This document shows, piece after piece, positions 1-10,321 of a DNA stretch of 64,000 nucleotides. The stretch is from positions 32,001 through 96,000 of the IMG/VR virus record IMGVR_UViG_3300032291_002524. One strand, given 5' to 3'. Every line of letters begins with the position of its first letter. Position 1 is the stretch's first letter. The DNA comes from a virus. The notes beneath the pieces were generated by a model. The model made no database searches. It was not told the origin of the DNA and saw only the letters and a list, made by a program, of their open reading frames with translations. Both the position numbers and the translations under genes were made by a program.

Positions 1-1100
1 ATTTTTGGAAGACCTCTCTTAGGGTAATTTCTACTACCATTTCCAAAAGTTCTTGACGCTTCTGTAGTTTCTTCTTCTTCAAAAGCCTTTCTCTTCAAAG
101 TATCACCTTCTTTAAATTCACCTTTTACGAATTTTTTAGCATCTGAAGATATTTTTCCTTTAGGTCCTTTGTGAATGTTTTCACCTTTGAATACAACCTT
201 TTTAGGTCCGTTACCTGTCAAACCTTTTGGTTTTACGGTCATTAACTCGTTCATTTCGTTTTCGCTCATTGGTTTTCTTTTACGAACTTTAAAAGGTTTT
301 TGATATTTGTCTTTATACGCATTAAAGAGATTTTTATCACTGTCACTTTCAGGTTTAAACCATCTTTGTTTATCACCATACTTCGATACTAAGTCATCAT
401 AAGAGTCAATATCTTCTTCATCATAGTCAAAATCAAAACCACCTTTATATTGTCTATCATTCTTATCGTACCAACCATGTTCATCGTCAATACTCATAAA
501 CATATCATCTTCGTCTTCCATTTCAATTTCATAGACGATTTCTTCATCACCATCTTCAAATTCAACTTCATCATATGACTCATCATCCATATCTAATTCA
601 TCATCACCATCAATTGGGAATGACATAGAATCTGTTTGTGTTAACATGTCAACGTCGGCATTATTACCATTCTTTTGAATGATAAGTCTGTCTTCGTCAC
701 CCATACCCATAACAACTTTTAGGATTTCATCATCTGATGCTTGTGTTAAATCTAACGGTGATAATTCATCTTCGTCGTCCATCATATCTTCATCTGACAT
801 TTCATCACCCATGTCTGACATAGGTAATTCCATTTCATCATCTGACATGTCGATTTCTAATGAATCTTCCTCTTCTTGTTCATCCATACTCATGTGAGTA
901 CCTTCTTCCATTTCAGGAGACATTTCATCTTCCATCATTTCATTTCCAGCCTCATCTTCCAAAGACTCTTTTACTAATTCTTCGATTTCACCCTTCATTA
1001 TAGAAGAGAGTATTCCTTTTGAGTTTTCAGTTACTACCTGTTGCAAATTTTTCATTTGTAATAAGGCATCTTCAACTAATGATTTTTTTTCTGTGCTCAT
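1..1100 (-). CDS. acidic prohead scaffold/core-like protein (partial, runs off the window start)
   Basis: ATG at 1100-1098 (MSTEKKSLVEDALLQMKNL...), very Glu/Asp/Met-rich open frame, downstream of the prohead protease as in T4 gp21-gp22 order. Confidence 0.55.
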   Translation of the reverse strand, partial: MSTEKKSLVEDALLQMKNLQQVVTENSKGILSSIMKGEIEELVKESLEDEAGNEMMEDEMSPEMEEGTHMSMDEQEEEDSLEIDMSDDEMELPMSDMGDEMSDEDMMDDEDELSPLDLTQASDDEILKVVMGMGDEDRLIIQKNGNNADVDMLTQTDSMSFPIDGDDELDMDDESYDEVEFEDGDEEIVYEIEMEDEDDMFMSIDDEHGWYDKNDRQYKGGFDFDYDEEDIDSYDDLVSKYGDKQRWFKPESDSDKNLFNAYKDKYQKPFKVRKRKPMSENEMNELMTVKPKGLTGNGPKKVVFKGENIHKGPKGKISSDAKKFVKGEFKEGDTLKRKAFEEEETTEASRTFGNGSRNYPKRGLPK

Positions 1101-1180
1101 TTTTTAGCAATAAAAATTGTTTTATTTTCATTATAAATATGTTCAATTTAGAAAAAGTTATATTTGGAAATAGATTAAAA

Positions 1181-1208
1181 TAAAAAAAACCCGATTTCTC
1201 GGGTTTTT
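1181..1208. terminator. intrinsic terminator
   Basis: AAAAAAAACCCGA-TTTC-TCGGGTTTTT hairpin with A/T tracts. Confidence 0.7.
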
Positions 1209-1233
1209 AGTTTTAAATTAATAAGTTTTTTAA

Positions 1234-1443
1234 TTAATCGAACACTTCATCGATTTTACTTTCAGATACTGATGTTATTCTCCAATCATGTTGAAATCCT
1301 TTAAATTTGTCAGTGACTTTGGCTTCAACATCGGTAACGGAATACCCTTTAACCAATTTCTGTTCTGCGATTTTTTTAATCTTACCTGAATTTTCATCAA
1401 TTAAATCGTACTGAATTTTTGCTACAAAATATTTTTGGTCCAT
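1234..1443 (-). CDS. DUF4494-like small protein
   Basis: YFVAKIQY...KKIAEQKLV...SVTDVEAKV...SVSESKIDEVF pattern resembles the Bacteroidota DUF4494 family. Confidence 0.6.
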   Translation of the reverse strand: MDQKYFVAKIQYDLIDENSGKIKKIAEQKLVKGYSVTDVEAKVTDKFKGFQHDWRITSVSESKIDEVFD

Positions 1444-1451
1444 ATTATATA

Positions 1452-2165
1452 TTATCTATTTCCCAAAAAATCGTTTAATTTTGTCATTAAGTCAAGTGAT
1501 TTCGATAATCCTCCGTAATTTTTTGGTTCGTTAACCTTTTTTTCTTCTTCTAACTTCTCATCATATAATTGTCTATCATCTTTATTTAAGTAAAGATACG
1601 CGCCAGGTGTTGATGGATTCATAACTAAGTCAAAACATATAAATTCATAGTCATCTTTAACTTCATTATATTCACCTTTCTTTTCTAATGAACCAACACC
1701 ACGAGATGATACACCCATAGTGACACCTTGTCTCATTAGATTAGCCGCTATGTCCCCCTTGGTTGAAACAATCCCTCTTTCGTGAAACCCTGGTGATGTT
1801 AATAATCTTAACTTACCCATCAATACATTATCATCCCACCATACTTCATCAATAATATGTGAAACACGGTCCAAATCAATTAATGATGATTCGGGGTGAT
1901 TTAATTCCGAAGTGGACAAACCTTTTTCAATTAAATGTTGATATTTTTCAGCTTCTCTTCTTAGGATTTTTTCAGGATAAATTCTACCGTTTCTATTTGG
2001 TATTCCATACTTTTGTAATGTTGCATAAAAAACAAATGGTTTAGAATGGTCCAATTGAGTCTTTTTCCCAAAATTTTCATTAAGTGAATTTTTCCAAGAC
2101 ACAGAACCTGCATCATATTCGATTAATATCCCTTTACCAATTTCATTAGGTCCTAATATTTTCAT
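1452..2165 (-). CDS. prohead core protease (T4 gp21-like)
   Basis: NRNGRIYP, ELNHP, GVSSRGVGS, FDLVMNPSTPGAY motifs; start reassigned to MKILGPNE downstream of a TATTTAT motif. Confidence 0.92.
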   Translation of the reverse strand: MKILGPNEIGKGILIEYDAGSVSWKNSLNENFGKKTQLDHSKPFVFYATLQKYGIPNRNGRIYPEKILRREAEKYQHLIEKGLSTSELNHPESSLIDLDRVSHIIDEVWWDDNVLMGKLRLLTSPGFHERGIVSTKGDIAANLMRQGVTMGVSSRGVGSLEKKGEYNEVKDDYEFICFDLVMNPSTPGAYLYLNKDDRQLYDEKLEEEKKVNEPKNYGGLSKSLDLMTKLNDFLGNR

Positions 2166-2193
2166 AAATTGTTTTTTATAATAAATATAAGGT

Positions 2194-2652
2194 TCAAATA
2201 AAGTTTTTGTTTTTTGTTGTATCTTTAGATAGTTGAATGTCAAAATATTTTGACTTAGATAGAATATTATTATGAATTTCATTCATAATAAGTTCAACTT
2301 CATTTTTAATTTTTTCAGATTTGAAGTCACACGGTTCTTTTAAAAATAATGTTATTTCTAAATTTAAGAAACTCGATTTTGATAATTTAATACCACTTGT
2401 TCTTAAATCCATGTCAACAATAAAATTATCTTTAAATAATTTTCTATTACAAATATTTAATATTTTATGTTTTATGGTTCTTGATATTGAACCTACTGTT
2501 AAATTCCAATTTCCTCTTTCTTCTTTTGGTACCACCCAAGTTTGAATTACGATGTAAATTGATTTTAAATCTGTTGTATCAACACTACCATAATAACATT
2601 TAGCGTCACGAAACAAATTTAAACTAATCGTCTTTCCTTTTTTCATCCTCAA
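2194..2652 (-). CDS. hypothetical phage protein
   Basis: 152 aa ORF in the head module. Confidence 0.7.
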   Translation of the reverse strand: MRMKKGKTISLNLFRDAKCYYGSVDTTDLKSIYIVIQTWVVPKEERGNWNLTVGSISRTIKHKILNICNRKLFKDNFIVDMDLRTSGIKLSKSSFLNLEITLFLKEPCDFKSEKIKNEVELIMNEIHNNILSKSKYFDIQLSKDTTKNKNFI

Positions 2653-2752
2653 ATCATAATAATTACATGTTTATTTTGGTTAAAATATACGAAAAAAAAA
2701 CTTATTAACAAAATTTATTTTAAATTGTATTTATAATTAAAACAGATTAAAC

Positions 2753-2941
2753 ATGATTTACATTGAAATAAATAAGGGTGAAAATTTAGAAAAAGCATTA
2801 AAGATTTATAAAAATAAAATTAAATCGACAAAACAAACCGAACGAATTAGAAAAAAACAAGAATTTATTAAAAAATCAGTTATTAAACGTAATATGATTA
2901 ACAAGGCAAAGTATAAACAAAAATTTATAAATAACGATTAA
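2753..2941 (+). CDS. rpsU: ribosomal protein bS21 homologue
   Basis: 62 aa basic protein with ENLEKALK..K.K....ERIRKKQEFIKKS..KR bS21 pattern. Confidence 0.85.
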   Translation: MIYIEINKGENLEKALKIYKNKIKSTKQTERIRKKQEFIKKSVIKRNMINKAKYKQKFINND

Positions 2942-2942
2942 A

Positions 2943-3239
2943 ATGATTAAAAAGAAATTATTTTTTGGATGGACAAATATTAAATGGTTTATAACTGAAA
3001 TTATTAATTTATATACAGGTAAACCTTCCTATTTTTCGAAAAAAAGGGTTGAATCAGGTATCGCATTTTTCATCGGTCAATGGGGTATGATATATTTCGT
3101 AATTGAAAACTTATCAAAAATGACAACATCTGATATGGTACTTTGGGCCGGTGTTGAATTTGCAGTTAGTGGTTATATGGTTAACCAAATACAAAAAGAA
3201 AAAAAGAATTTAAAAGAAGATATCGAAGAAGAAGTTTAA
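2943..3239 (+). CDS. small membrane protein
   Basis: two hydrophobic segments and a charged C-terminus. Confidence 0.65.
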   Translation: MIKKKLFFGWTNIKWFITEIINLYTGKPSYFSKKRVESGIAFFIGQWGMIYFVIENLSKMTTSDMVLWAGVEFAVSGYMVNQIQKEKKNLKEDIEEEV

Positions 3240-3240
3240 C

Positions 3241-3268
3241 AAAAAACCCCCATATTTGGGGGTTTTTT
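3241..3268. terminator. bidirectional intrinsic terminator
   Basis: AAAAAACCCC-A..TT-GGGGGTTTTTT between convergent genes. Confidence 0.75.
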
Positions 3269-3999
3269 TATATTGATTCTGATAATTTTTTTAATCGATA
3301 ATATGATAAAGAATCAATTGATGTGTTTTCCACTTTTACCTTAGTACTGTTAATTGTTTTCTCAATTACATCATCATCGATTTGTACCGAATCTAATTTA
3401 TTAAGAATTTCGGTTTTTAATCTTGAAATGCCTTCATTTAATTCATTTGAATCCATTCTCAAAATAGATTTTAATTCAAACAATTCCGATTCAGATAACT
3501 CACTGTATTCTTTTGCGAAAGTTTCCGACACAATATTAAGCATATCTGATATTGGAATATTGATGGTTTCCGTTAATTGACTTTCGTTTTCAACATCTTT
3601 CGAAATTAACTGTAATGTTAATTTATTTTTTGATTCAATTAGATTAATAAAATCCGACGCATTTTTAGCGTTCACCATATTATCAATATCTTGATAATCA
3701 TTAGTAACATCTTCATTTAATGTTTCAACCCAAGAATCAAATTCTTCAAATTGTCTTTTATTGTTGTTAATTTTTGTTTTAATTGTTTCCACACTATATT
3801 CCAAAAAATCTTTAGCAACATCTTCATTAAGGTTATTTGTTTTCATGATTGTTCCATAATCAATAAAAACCTCACCAACTTCCTTATTATTATCTATAAA
3901 TTCTTTAAACTCTTTAACAATTCTTTTAAAATCATCAGTTTTATAAGTTGAAACAAAAGAGTTTTCAACAATACTTTTTAATAATCCAAAATTTCTCAT
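3268..3999 (-). CDS. hypothetical head-module protein
   Basis: 243 aa helical ORF downstream of portal, with a TATTTAT motif upstream. Confidence 0.75.
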   Translation of the reverse strand: MRNFGLLKSIVENSFVSTYKTDDFKRIVKEFKEFIDNNKEVGEVFIDYGTIMKTNNLNEDVAKDFLEYSVETIKTKINNNKRQFEEFDSWVETLNEDVTNDYQDIDNMVNAKNASDFINLIESKNKLTLQLISKDVENESQLTETINIPISDMLNIVSETFAKEYSELSESELFELKSILRMDSNELNEGISRLKTEILNKLDSVQIDDDVIEKTINSTKVKVENTSIDSLSYYRLKKLSESI

Positions 4000-4012
4000 A
4001 TCAATAAATATC

Positions 4013-5854
4013 TTAACTATTTAATAGTTTATCTAACTCATTTTCAATTTCTTGAATTGACTCTCTACCCTTAGATAGTTTAATACTATCAATACCTTCT
4101 GTCATATTTTCTTCTAAAATTAAATTTAAATAATCTAATTGACTTTCAGGTGTTACTTCACTTGTTGGTGGTGAGGTAGATTCACCACCAAGTCCACCTA
4201 AATCAGATGAAGACGGTACACTTCCTAAGTCACTACCTAAACCACCTAAATCAGGTGAAGGGGAACCACCACCTAAATCATCAGTTTCGGATGGAGGTGT
4301 TGCGGCTTCGCCAGGTTTTTTACCGTATAACTTATCAAGATTATCAAATAAACCTGTATGAATAATAACTTCAGGAGTTTTTTGTAATTCGGCCCCAACA
4401 GCTCTTTCAATTCTTTGTTGTTGAATATCCAACTTAATTTCTTCATCTGAAAATCCAAGAATATGTTTTTTTGCCCATGTCGTTGAAACAGGTGCAATAC
4501 CATTTCCGGGGTCGGCAACCGCTGATTTATAAAGTTCGACTTTTTCTTTCCAAGTTTCCAATTTTAATAAATCTGCCTGAGATGATGGGTTTGTTAATCC
4601 TAATGTAAAATTGGTTAATTCGTCTTCAAAACCTAATATGAATAAGTGAATAATCGCAATTTTATTCAATTCTTGAATCATCGATTTTTGAATACGATTA
4701 ATTGTTCTGGCAAATCGAATATCTTGTAATGATAAATTTTTACCGTCACCAGCAGGTTCCTCAAAACCTAAGAACGCTTTTGGTACTCGAAGAGCTGTTA
4801 ATAATTTCTTTTGAATATATTCGATATCCGCAATCTCAGATAAATTTGTCGCCCCCGCCAATGTTTCAATTGGACTTGTTTGTGCAGCATCTCTTACAGG
4901 TACAAAGAAATCTTGGTCAACAGCCATCTGATTCATTCGTAAATCAACATTACCTGTTGATGGGTCAACAACTTGGTCTCTTTTAAATTTGTTGGCAATT
5001 CTTTGAATATATGGTTCAACATCTTTGTCATCCATATTTCCGACAAATATCTTAAAAACTCGTCTTTCGGGTGCTCTTGATGTACGATAAACCAACATGG
5101 CGTCCTCAGATAATAATAATTGTTTCCAAACTCTTCTTGCCTTTTCCAACATGGAAGTACCATAAGGTAATTTTCGGTCATCACCCAATAATCTAAAATG
5201 GGCAATTTCCCATGTGTTGAACTCCATGTCTTTAACCTTCCACACAAATTTTAAAGAAGTTGCTTCTTCTGATGTATTATGTGAAGGTTTTACTTTCATC
5301 CCCCTCTCCAATCGTTCCATTTCAATGTTAGGTAATTGTTGACATCCAACGATACCTTTTTCAGGGTCTAATTTCATATAGACAAAATTATCACCGTATT
5401 TACAAGTATTGCGTGTCCACATTGGGAGATTTGTATTGATATCTAACCTGTTATTAAATAAATCCGCCAATACCCCCTTAATACGATTTGATTCAGAATA
5501 TATTTGTAATATAAAACCATCTTCATTCGTCGTTGTTGATTCTTCGGCATAAATGTCCAACGCTGCGGAAATTTCGGGTGTATATTCCATGGATTCATAA
5601 TCATAATACGATGCCAATCGTGTTGGTTCATAATAGATTGCTTGGGAATATAAATTATTCTCAATCTTACCCCATTGTTGTCCTAAGTAATAACTTTGCT
5701 GAGCTTGGAGCTTTTCCTTTTCAAATTCTTGTTTATCTGTTGTCTTTAATAGTTCTTTTTTGTCGAACTTATATATTGGCGGTTGTTGTCCTAAAGTTGA
5801 ATCAGGTCCAAAAACTTTCGAAAGTCGTTGCCAAAGTGTAAATTGTTGTGCCAT
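4013..5854 (-). CDS. portal protein (T4 gp20-like)
   Basis: YTPEISAALDIYAEE, EDAMLVYRTSRAPERRVFKIFVGNM, DIEYIQKKLLTALRVPK, QDIRFARTINRIQ. Confidence 0.95.
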   Translation of the reverse strand: MAQQFTLWQRLSKVFGPDSTLGQQPPIYKFDKKELLKTTDKQEFEKEKLQAQQSYYLGQQWGKIENNLYSQAIYYEPTRLASYYDYESMEYTPEISAALDIYAEESTTTNEDGFILQIYSESNRIKGVLADLFNNRLDINTNLPMWTRNTCKYGDNFVYMKLDPEKGIVGCQQLPNIEMERLERGMKVKPSHNTSEEATSLKFVWKVKDMEFNTWEIAHFRLLGDDRKLPYGTSMLEKARRVWKQLLLSEDAMLVYRTSRAPERRVFKIFVGNMDDKDVEPYIQRIANKFKRDQVVDPSTGNVDLRMNQMAVDQDFFVPVRDAAQTSPIETLAGATNLSEIADIEYIQKKLLTALRVPKAFLGFEEPAGDGKNLSLQDIRFARTINRIQKSMIQELNKIAIIHLFILGFEDELTNFTLGLTNPSSQADLLKLETWKEKVELYKSAVADPGNGIAPVSTTWAKKHILGFSDEEIKLDIQQQRIERAVGAELQKTPEVIIHTGLFDNLDKLYGKKPGEAATPPSETDDLGGGSPSPDLGGLGSDLGSVPSSSDLGGLGGESTSPPTSEVTPESQLDYLNLILEENMTEGIDSIKLSKGRESIQEIENELDKLLNS

Positions 5855-5891
5855 TTTATTAATTATAATTCATTTATCATCGATTTAAAGA

Positions 5892-7664
5892 TTATCTTCT
5901 TCCGTTGAATAACCATAAATAGTTTTGATAATCCGTTTTAGTTGGATTGGTACCAAAACTAGTCCCATATGATGATGGTGACATAACCGGAAGACCAGGG
6001 TTAAATTCTAACATTTTTTGTGATGAATCATTTTTCACAACATCCCAAGAATTTAACATCGCCTTTGTTTGTTCTGTTACTTTTTCTAATTGACTATATG
6101 AATGTTGTCCAACATATAGTGCCATTGATATTGACATAATCAAATCGTCGTGATGACCTTTCATGTGGTCAGGTCTACCATTTATAAATACAAATGTGTT
6201 TAATTCACCAAGTAATCGCGATGAATAAACTTTAAAACCATGTCTTAACGATTCCTCAAATGCATTAATGATTTGTACACGTTTAGAGTTAAAGTTAATT
6301 CCCGGTATTTTTTCCATAGCCTTTGAGTTATATTCCCAAACATTAGCATAATTAACACCATCAACATATAGATTTCTATAACCCATTTCTTGTAATTTTC
6401 TGGAGGTTGAAACGCCCATACCACCTGTAATATCAATTACAATGAAAGCGTCATAATATGTTCCCCACTTATATGCAATCTCGGCAGCAACATCAGGAGG
6501 TACCTTTCCAAGATATTCGGCAACTTGTTCCCTTTCGTCAAAATCAATGATTTGAAATGATGTATAATCTTCAGAATCACCTCGTGACACATCAATACCC
6601 ATTATGTATTTATGACCAACCTGAGGTTCTTTCCAAATCCATAATTGATTTTGTACCATTTTACTCTCGGGGTTACACACAAATTCAGTTCTTATTTTTT
6701 CGATAATTCCACTATCAATAACATTATCACCTGAACCTAGAAAATTACATTCCAATTCCTGTGATATTTTTCTTTTGTCGAATTTTAATTTTTTGGCCAT
6801 TTTTTCATACCACTCTGAATGTGGTTTATAACCATCTTTCATTAATTTTTTAAAATCGTCAAAATTTCTTTGGTCTTGTGGAACATTTTCGTAAGAAATT
6901 ATTTCAACATCTGTATATTCTTCTCTATTAAGATAATAATGAACAAGGTCTTTAACTTTAATAAACTGAATATCTTTTGTATATCGTGGGTCTCGCCACC
7001 AAAACATTTCAGTTACTTTAAAATCATTCATTCCTTTAATTGATTGGTCATATATTGGATAATATATCGAATCATAACCATTTGGTGTTGAAATAACTAT
7101 AACTTTACCACCTGTTGAAAGTGACGCCATACACGCCGCCCAAAAATCGTCACCAGCGTCAATATACGCAGCCTCATCAAATATCAATATAGTGGGGGTG
7201 TATCCTCTAAGAGCGTCGTTAGATGTTGCCACGGCCTTTACCTCACAACCATTAGTTATTTTCCAATGTCGAGCGGCATTTTTTTCAGGAGCAAAATTAA
7301 CACCCATCCAATCTGGCCATTGTTCAGTAAATTGTCTGATTTTGTTTGCAAACTCAACAGAAGTATCTAATTTGTTTGCGATTATTAGAATTTTCTCAGG
7401 TTTTTCTTTTTTTGCAAATACAATTTTTTTAGATGCCCAAGCCGCGGTTACTGTGGATACTCCGGCCTGTCGGTATTTTAATGCAATATTTTCATCAAAA
7501 TTATCATAATCATCCACCAATTGAATTTGGTCGGAAAATAAGTCTAAAGGTACGAATTTTTGAACAGTATTATCATATGTTTGTAAATACGTTCTCAACG
7601 AATATGGTGTACTTTTAATACACTTAGCATATTCGATTAGTACTTGTTCTCTTGTTAATCCCAT
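5892..7664 (-). CDS. terminase large subunit (T4 gp17-like)
   Basis: KYRQAGVST Walker A variant, LIFDEAAYI Walker B, ISTPNG, GIDVSRG and HDDLIMS nuclease motifs. Confidence 0.95.
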   Translation of the reverse strand: MGLTREQVLIEYAKCIKSTPYSLRTYLQTYDNTVQKFVPLDLFSDQIQLVDDYDNFDENIALKYRQAGVSTVTAAWASKKIVFAKKEKPEKILIIANKLDTSVEFANKIRQFTEQWPDWMGVNFAPEKNAARHWKITNGCEVKAVATSNDALRGYTPTILIFDEAAYIDAGDDFWAACMASLSTGGKVIVISTPNGYDSIYYPIYDQSIKGMNDFKVTEMFWWRDPRYTKDIQFIKVKDLVHYYLNREEYTDVEIISYENVPQDQRNFDDFKKLMKDGYKPHSEWYEKMAKKLKFDKRKISQELECNFLGSGDNVIDSGIIEKIRTEFVCNPESKMVQNQLWIWKEPQVGHKYIMGIDVSRGDSEDYTSFQIIDFDEREQVAEYLGKVPPDVAAEIAYKWGTYYDAFIVIDITGGMGVSTSRKLQEMGYRNLYVDGVNYANVWEYNSKAMEKIPGINFNSKRVQIINAFEESLRHGFKVYSSRLLGELNTFVFINGRPDHMKGHHDDLIMSISMALYVGQHSYSQLEKVTEQTKAMLNSWDVVKNDSSQKMLEFNPGLPVMSPSSYGTSFGTNPTKTDYQNYLWLFNGRR

Positions 7665-7687
7665 TAAATATAAATACGCCGAAAAGA

Positions 7688-9010
7688 TTATTTCGACGTA
7701 TCTATACCTAAATCATCAAGAAAACTTAAATCAATATCATCGTCATCATCATTATCTGATGAATATGATGGATAATCATCGTCATCATCACCTTCGTAAG
7801 ATGAGTCTAAAATTTCATCTAAATCTTGTTGATTTAATCTGTTAATAATATCATCAGCAATTTTTTCCATATCACGGTATGCGGATGTATCACCACTATT
7901 AATTCTTTGAGCTAAAGATGTGAATTTATTTTTAGGTAACATTGAAAATTCTCTAAAAATAAGACTTTGTACTATTTTCATATTTTCAATAAGAACTTTC
8001 TCAGGATAAGATTCTAATAGTTTTTCCCACAAGTAAGCCCCGATAATTATGTCAAAGATTTCATTAGTTATAATGTCAGCCTTAGCCTTAACCATTTGAC
8101 CTTGTACAGGGTCTTCAGGTATTGAACCGGCCCCTAAAATATCATAATAACCTTTAATCAATTCATGGACTAATATTGGAAACATAACCGCCTTTGCCTT
8201 AACAACAAAATTACCAGTCTCATTTCCTTCTTCATCGGTTTCCATTTCAATTTCTTCTGAACCACCCATGCTTTGACCTGCTGCGGCCATTTGTTCCATC
8301 ATATCAGGTGGTAATAACCAATACAAATAATCATTCATCGCCATCAATGCCCCATATTTGTCTGTAATACCAGGCTCCATTTCTTCAAGACTATCTCTAA
8401 TCAATTCGAACATATAATGTCCTTTTTTAGCTGCTCCTTGAATAATTGCGTTCATAAATCTTCTTTTAGCGACTAAGAAATCGAAATGTTCGAACGCATC
8501 CACAAAATCTTCTAAATCTTCACCTGAATCTTCAAACGCCAATTCGATATCTTCAGACGAAAATTCATCAGGTTCTGATTGAAAGTTTTCACTTCCCGCT
8601 TGTCCCATACCTACTAATTTTGGGTCGAACTTTATAAATTCAGCGTATTTTGGGTCAACTAATTCACCTGAAACTAATTCAACTGCCAAATTTTCCAATT
8701 CTTCTTTTCTTGTTGATTCAAATGTTGAAACCTCATTAAATAATCGCATTAACATCATTTGAAGTCCCATCATATTATTAGGTACATTCATACCTAAATA
8801 TCTTTCTAACTTTTGTACAACATCTCTAAATCTTTTAGACGCAGCAATTTCCTCAAACGATTGATTGTCATTTTCACCTTTTTTTGGTATAAAAGGACTT
8901 TGTGACATCGGTGTTTCACCTCTCTCAATTTTACTTTTCAATTCAGGATTCATTCTAAAACCCTGAGGTTCGTCGATAGGCGCTTCAAATATTTTTCTAT
9001 TTTTTTTCAT
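7688..9010 (-). CDS. hypothetical protein with acidic tail
   Basis: 440 aa ORF, FPILVHELIKG motif. Confidence 0.75.
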   Translation of the reverse strand: MKKNRKIFEAPIDEPQGFRMNPELKSKIERGETPMSQSPFIPKKGENDNQSFEEIAASKRFRDVVQKLERYLGMNVPNNMMGLQMMLMRLFNEVSTFESTRKEELENLAVELVSGELVDPKYAEFIKFDPKLVGMGQAGSENFQSEPDEFSSEDIELAFEDSGEDLEDFVDAFEHFDFLVAKRRFMNAIIQGAAKKGHYMFELIRDSLEEMEPGITDKYGALMAMNDYLYWLLPPDMMEQMAAAGQSMGGSEEIEMETDEEGNETGNFVVKAKAVMFPILVHELIKGYYDILGAGSIPEDPVQGQMVKAKADIITNEIFDIIIGAYLWEKLLESYPEKVLIENMKIVQSLIFREFSMLPKNKFTSLAQRINSGDTSAYRDMEKIADDIINRLNQQDLDEILDSSYEGDDDDDYPSYSSDNDDDDDIDLSFLDDLGIDTSK

Positions 9011-9924
9011 TACTTCAATTTAAAACCTTGTGATATAAATGTATTATAACTTAACCATTCAGGAGCTTTACCTGCCTTAGGACCGGGTAATGGACCTGGC
9101 TTTGTAAACGGATTTGCTTTACCGGGTCTTGTTGTTGGTTTTGTTGTTGGTTTTGTTGTTGGTTTTGTCGGTGCTGTTTGTGTATCACCCGCCTTAGGAC
9201 CGGGTAATGGACCTGGCTTTGTAAACGGATTTGCTTTACCGGGTCTTACGCCTGGTTTTGTTGTCGTTCTTTCTTTTTCTTTCGGTTTAGCCGGTGCAGA
9301 TGCCTGTTCAATCATAAACATTAATTGTTTTTTACTAATTGACTCAGGTATATACTTTTTAACTAACTTTGTCAAGCCCTCTTCGATTTCTTTGGTATCT
9401 TTCTTTTCGGGTAACTTTTTAAAATCAGGTGTTTTATCTGAAAATTCCTTAGCCCATTTACACCATTTCTTTTTAGCCTTTGGACTTTTTGTGTTTTCAC
9501 ATTTTGACCAAAAAAATTTTTGTTGTGACTTTGATTGGAACTTTTCAGTCATTTCCATTTCACCCACCATTTTTCTATCATTATTTTCAGGTGATGTATC
9601 ATCATCCATACCATCATCAGCCGATTGGTACTCATCATGTGAACCATATTGACCGGTATAATCTTGGTCATAATCCAATCCAAAATCATCCTCATCTATA
9701 TTTTTTTCAGATAAACCTATTTTTTTCATTTTTGACTCAACATCTGTTAGTTTTTTATCCAATAAATCCAATCCCTGAATTTTTTTTTCTATGTTAGGAT
9801 TTGTCGATTGTTCAATCAATCTTGTGTATAATAAGTTAATTTGAGATTCTGATAAACCTCTTAAAGTATTATAACTAAGACCTCCCGATATTAATTTTTC
9901 AATTTTATTACCTATATTACGCAT
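9010..9924 (-). CDS. hypothetical protein with Pro/Thr/Lys repeats
   Basis: 304 aa; RPGKANPFTKPGPLPGPKAG occurs twice and TKPT tandem repeats lie between. Confidence 0.75.
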   Translation of the reverse strand: MRNIGNKIEKLISGGLSYNTLRGLSESQINLLYTRLIEQSTNPNIEKKIQGLDLLDKKLTDVESKMKKIGLSEKNIDEDDFGLDYDQDYTGQYGSHDEYQSADDGMDDDTSPENNDRKMVGEMEMTEKFQSKSQQKFFWSKCENTKSPKAKKKWCKWAKEFSDKTPDFKKLPEKKDTKEIEEGLTKLVKKYIPESISKKQLMFMIEQASAPAKPKEKERTTTKPGVRPGKANPFTKPGPLPGPKAGDTQTAPTKPTTKPTTKPTTRPGKANPFTKPGPLPGPKAGKAPEWLSYNTFISQGFKLK

Positions 9925-10321
9925 GTGTTAAATCTTTTTCCATTTTTAATATTATATCTCTTTCATATAATTTGTCGATTACTTTATCTTCCGAATCACC
10001 ATAATGAAACACCAATCGGATGTCATTCTCATTATAATGTTCATTTTCAATATCTTCCCAAGCCAATGCAATTACATTATCTACCGCATCATAAAAAGAA
10101 AAAAAATCAGAGTTTTGAATAACATTAAGTTTTATTTTATCATTTTTCAAAACTCCAACTTTCGAAATGTAATCTATATGTGGTGGTTGGGGGTTTCCTC
10201 CGGCAGGGAATGAATCCCATCCTTCGGCATCTATATTTGTTTCATTAGAAAAAATAAATTCATAAAGGTTATCACCTTTAAAATTAGGTCCTAATTCATT
10301 AACAAATACTAATCGACTCAT
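9917..10321 (-). CDS. hypothetical protein
   Basis: 134 aa ORF overlapping its neighbours (translational coupling). Confidence 0.75.
   Translation of the reverse strand: MSRLVFVNELGPNFKGDNLYEFIFSNETNIDAEGWDSFPAGGNPQPPHIDYISKVGVLKNDKIKLNVIQNSDFFSFYDAVDNVIALAWEDIENEHYNENDIRLVFHYGDSEDKVIDKLYERDIILKMEKDLTHA

Noticed and set aside
679-897. Ser-rich plus-strand ORF and similar antisense ORFs in the head module
   Set aside because: These are reverse-complement shadows of acidic minus-strand genes.
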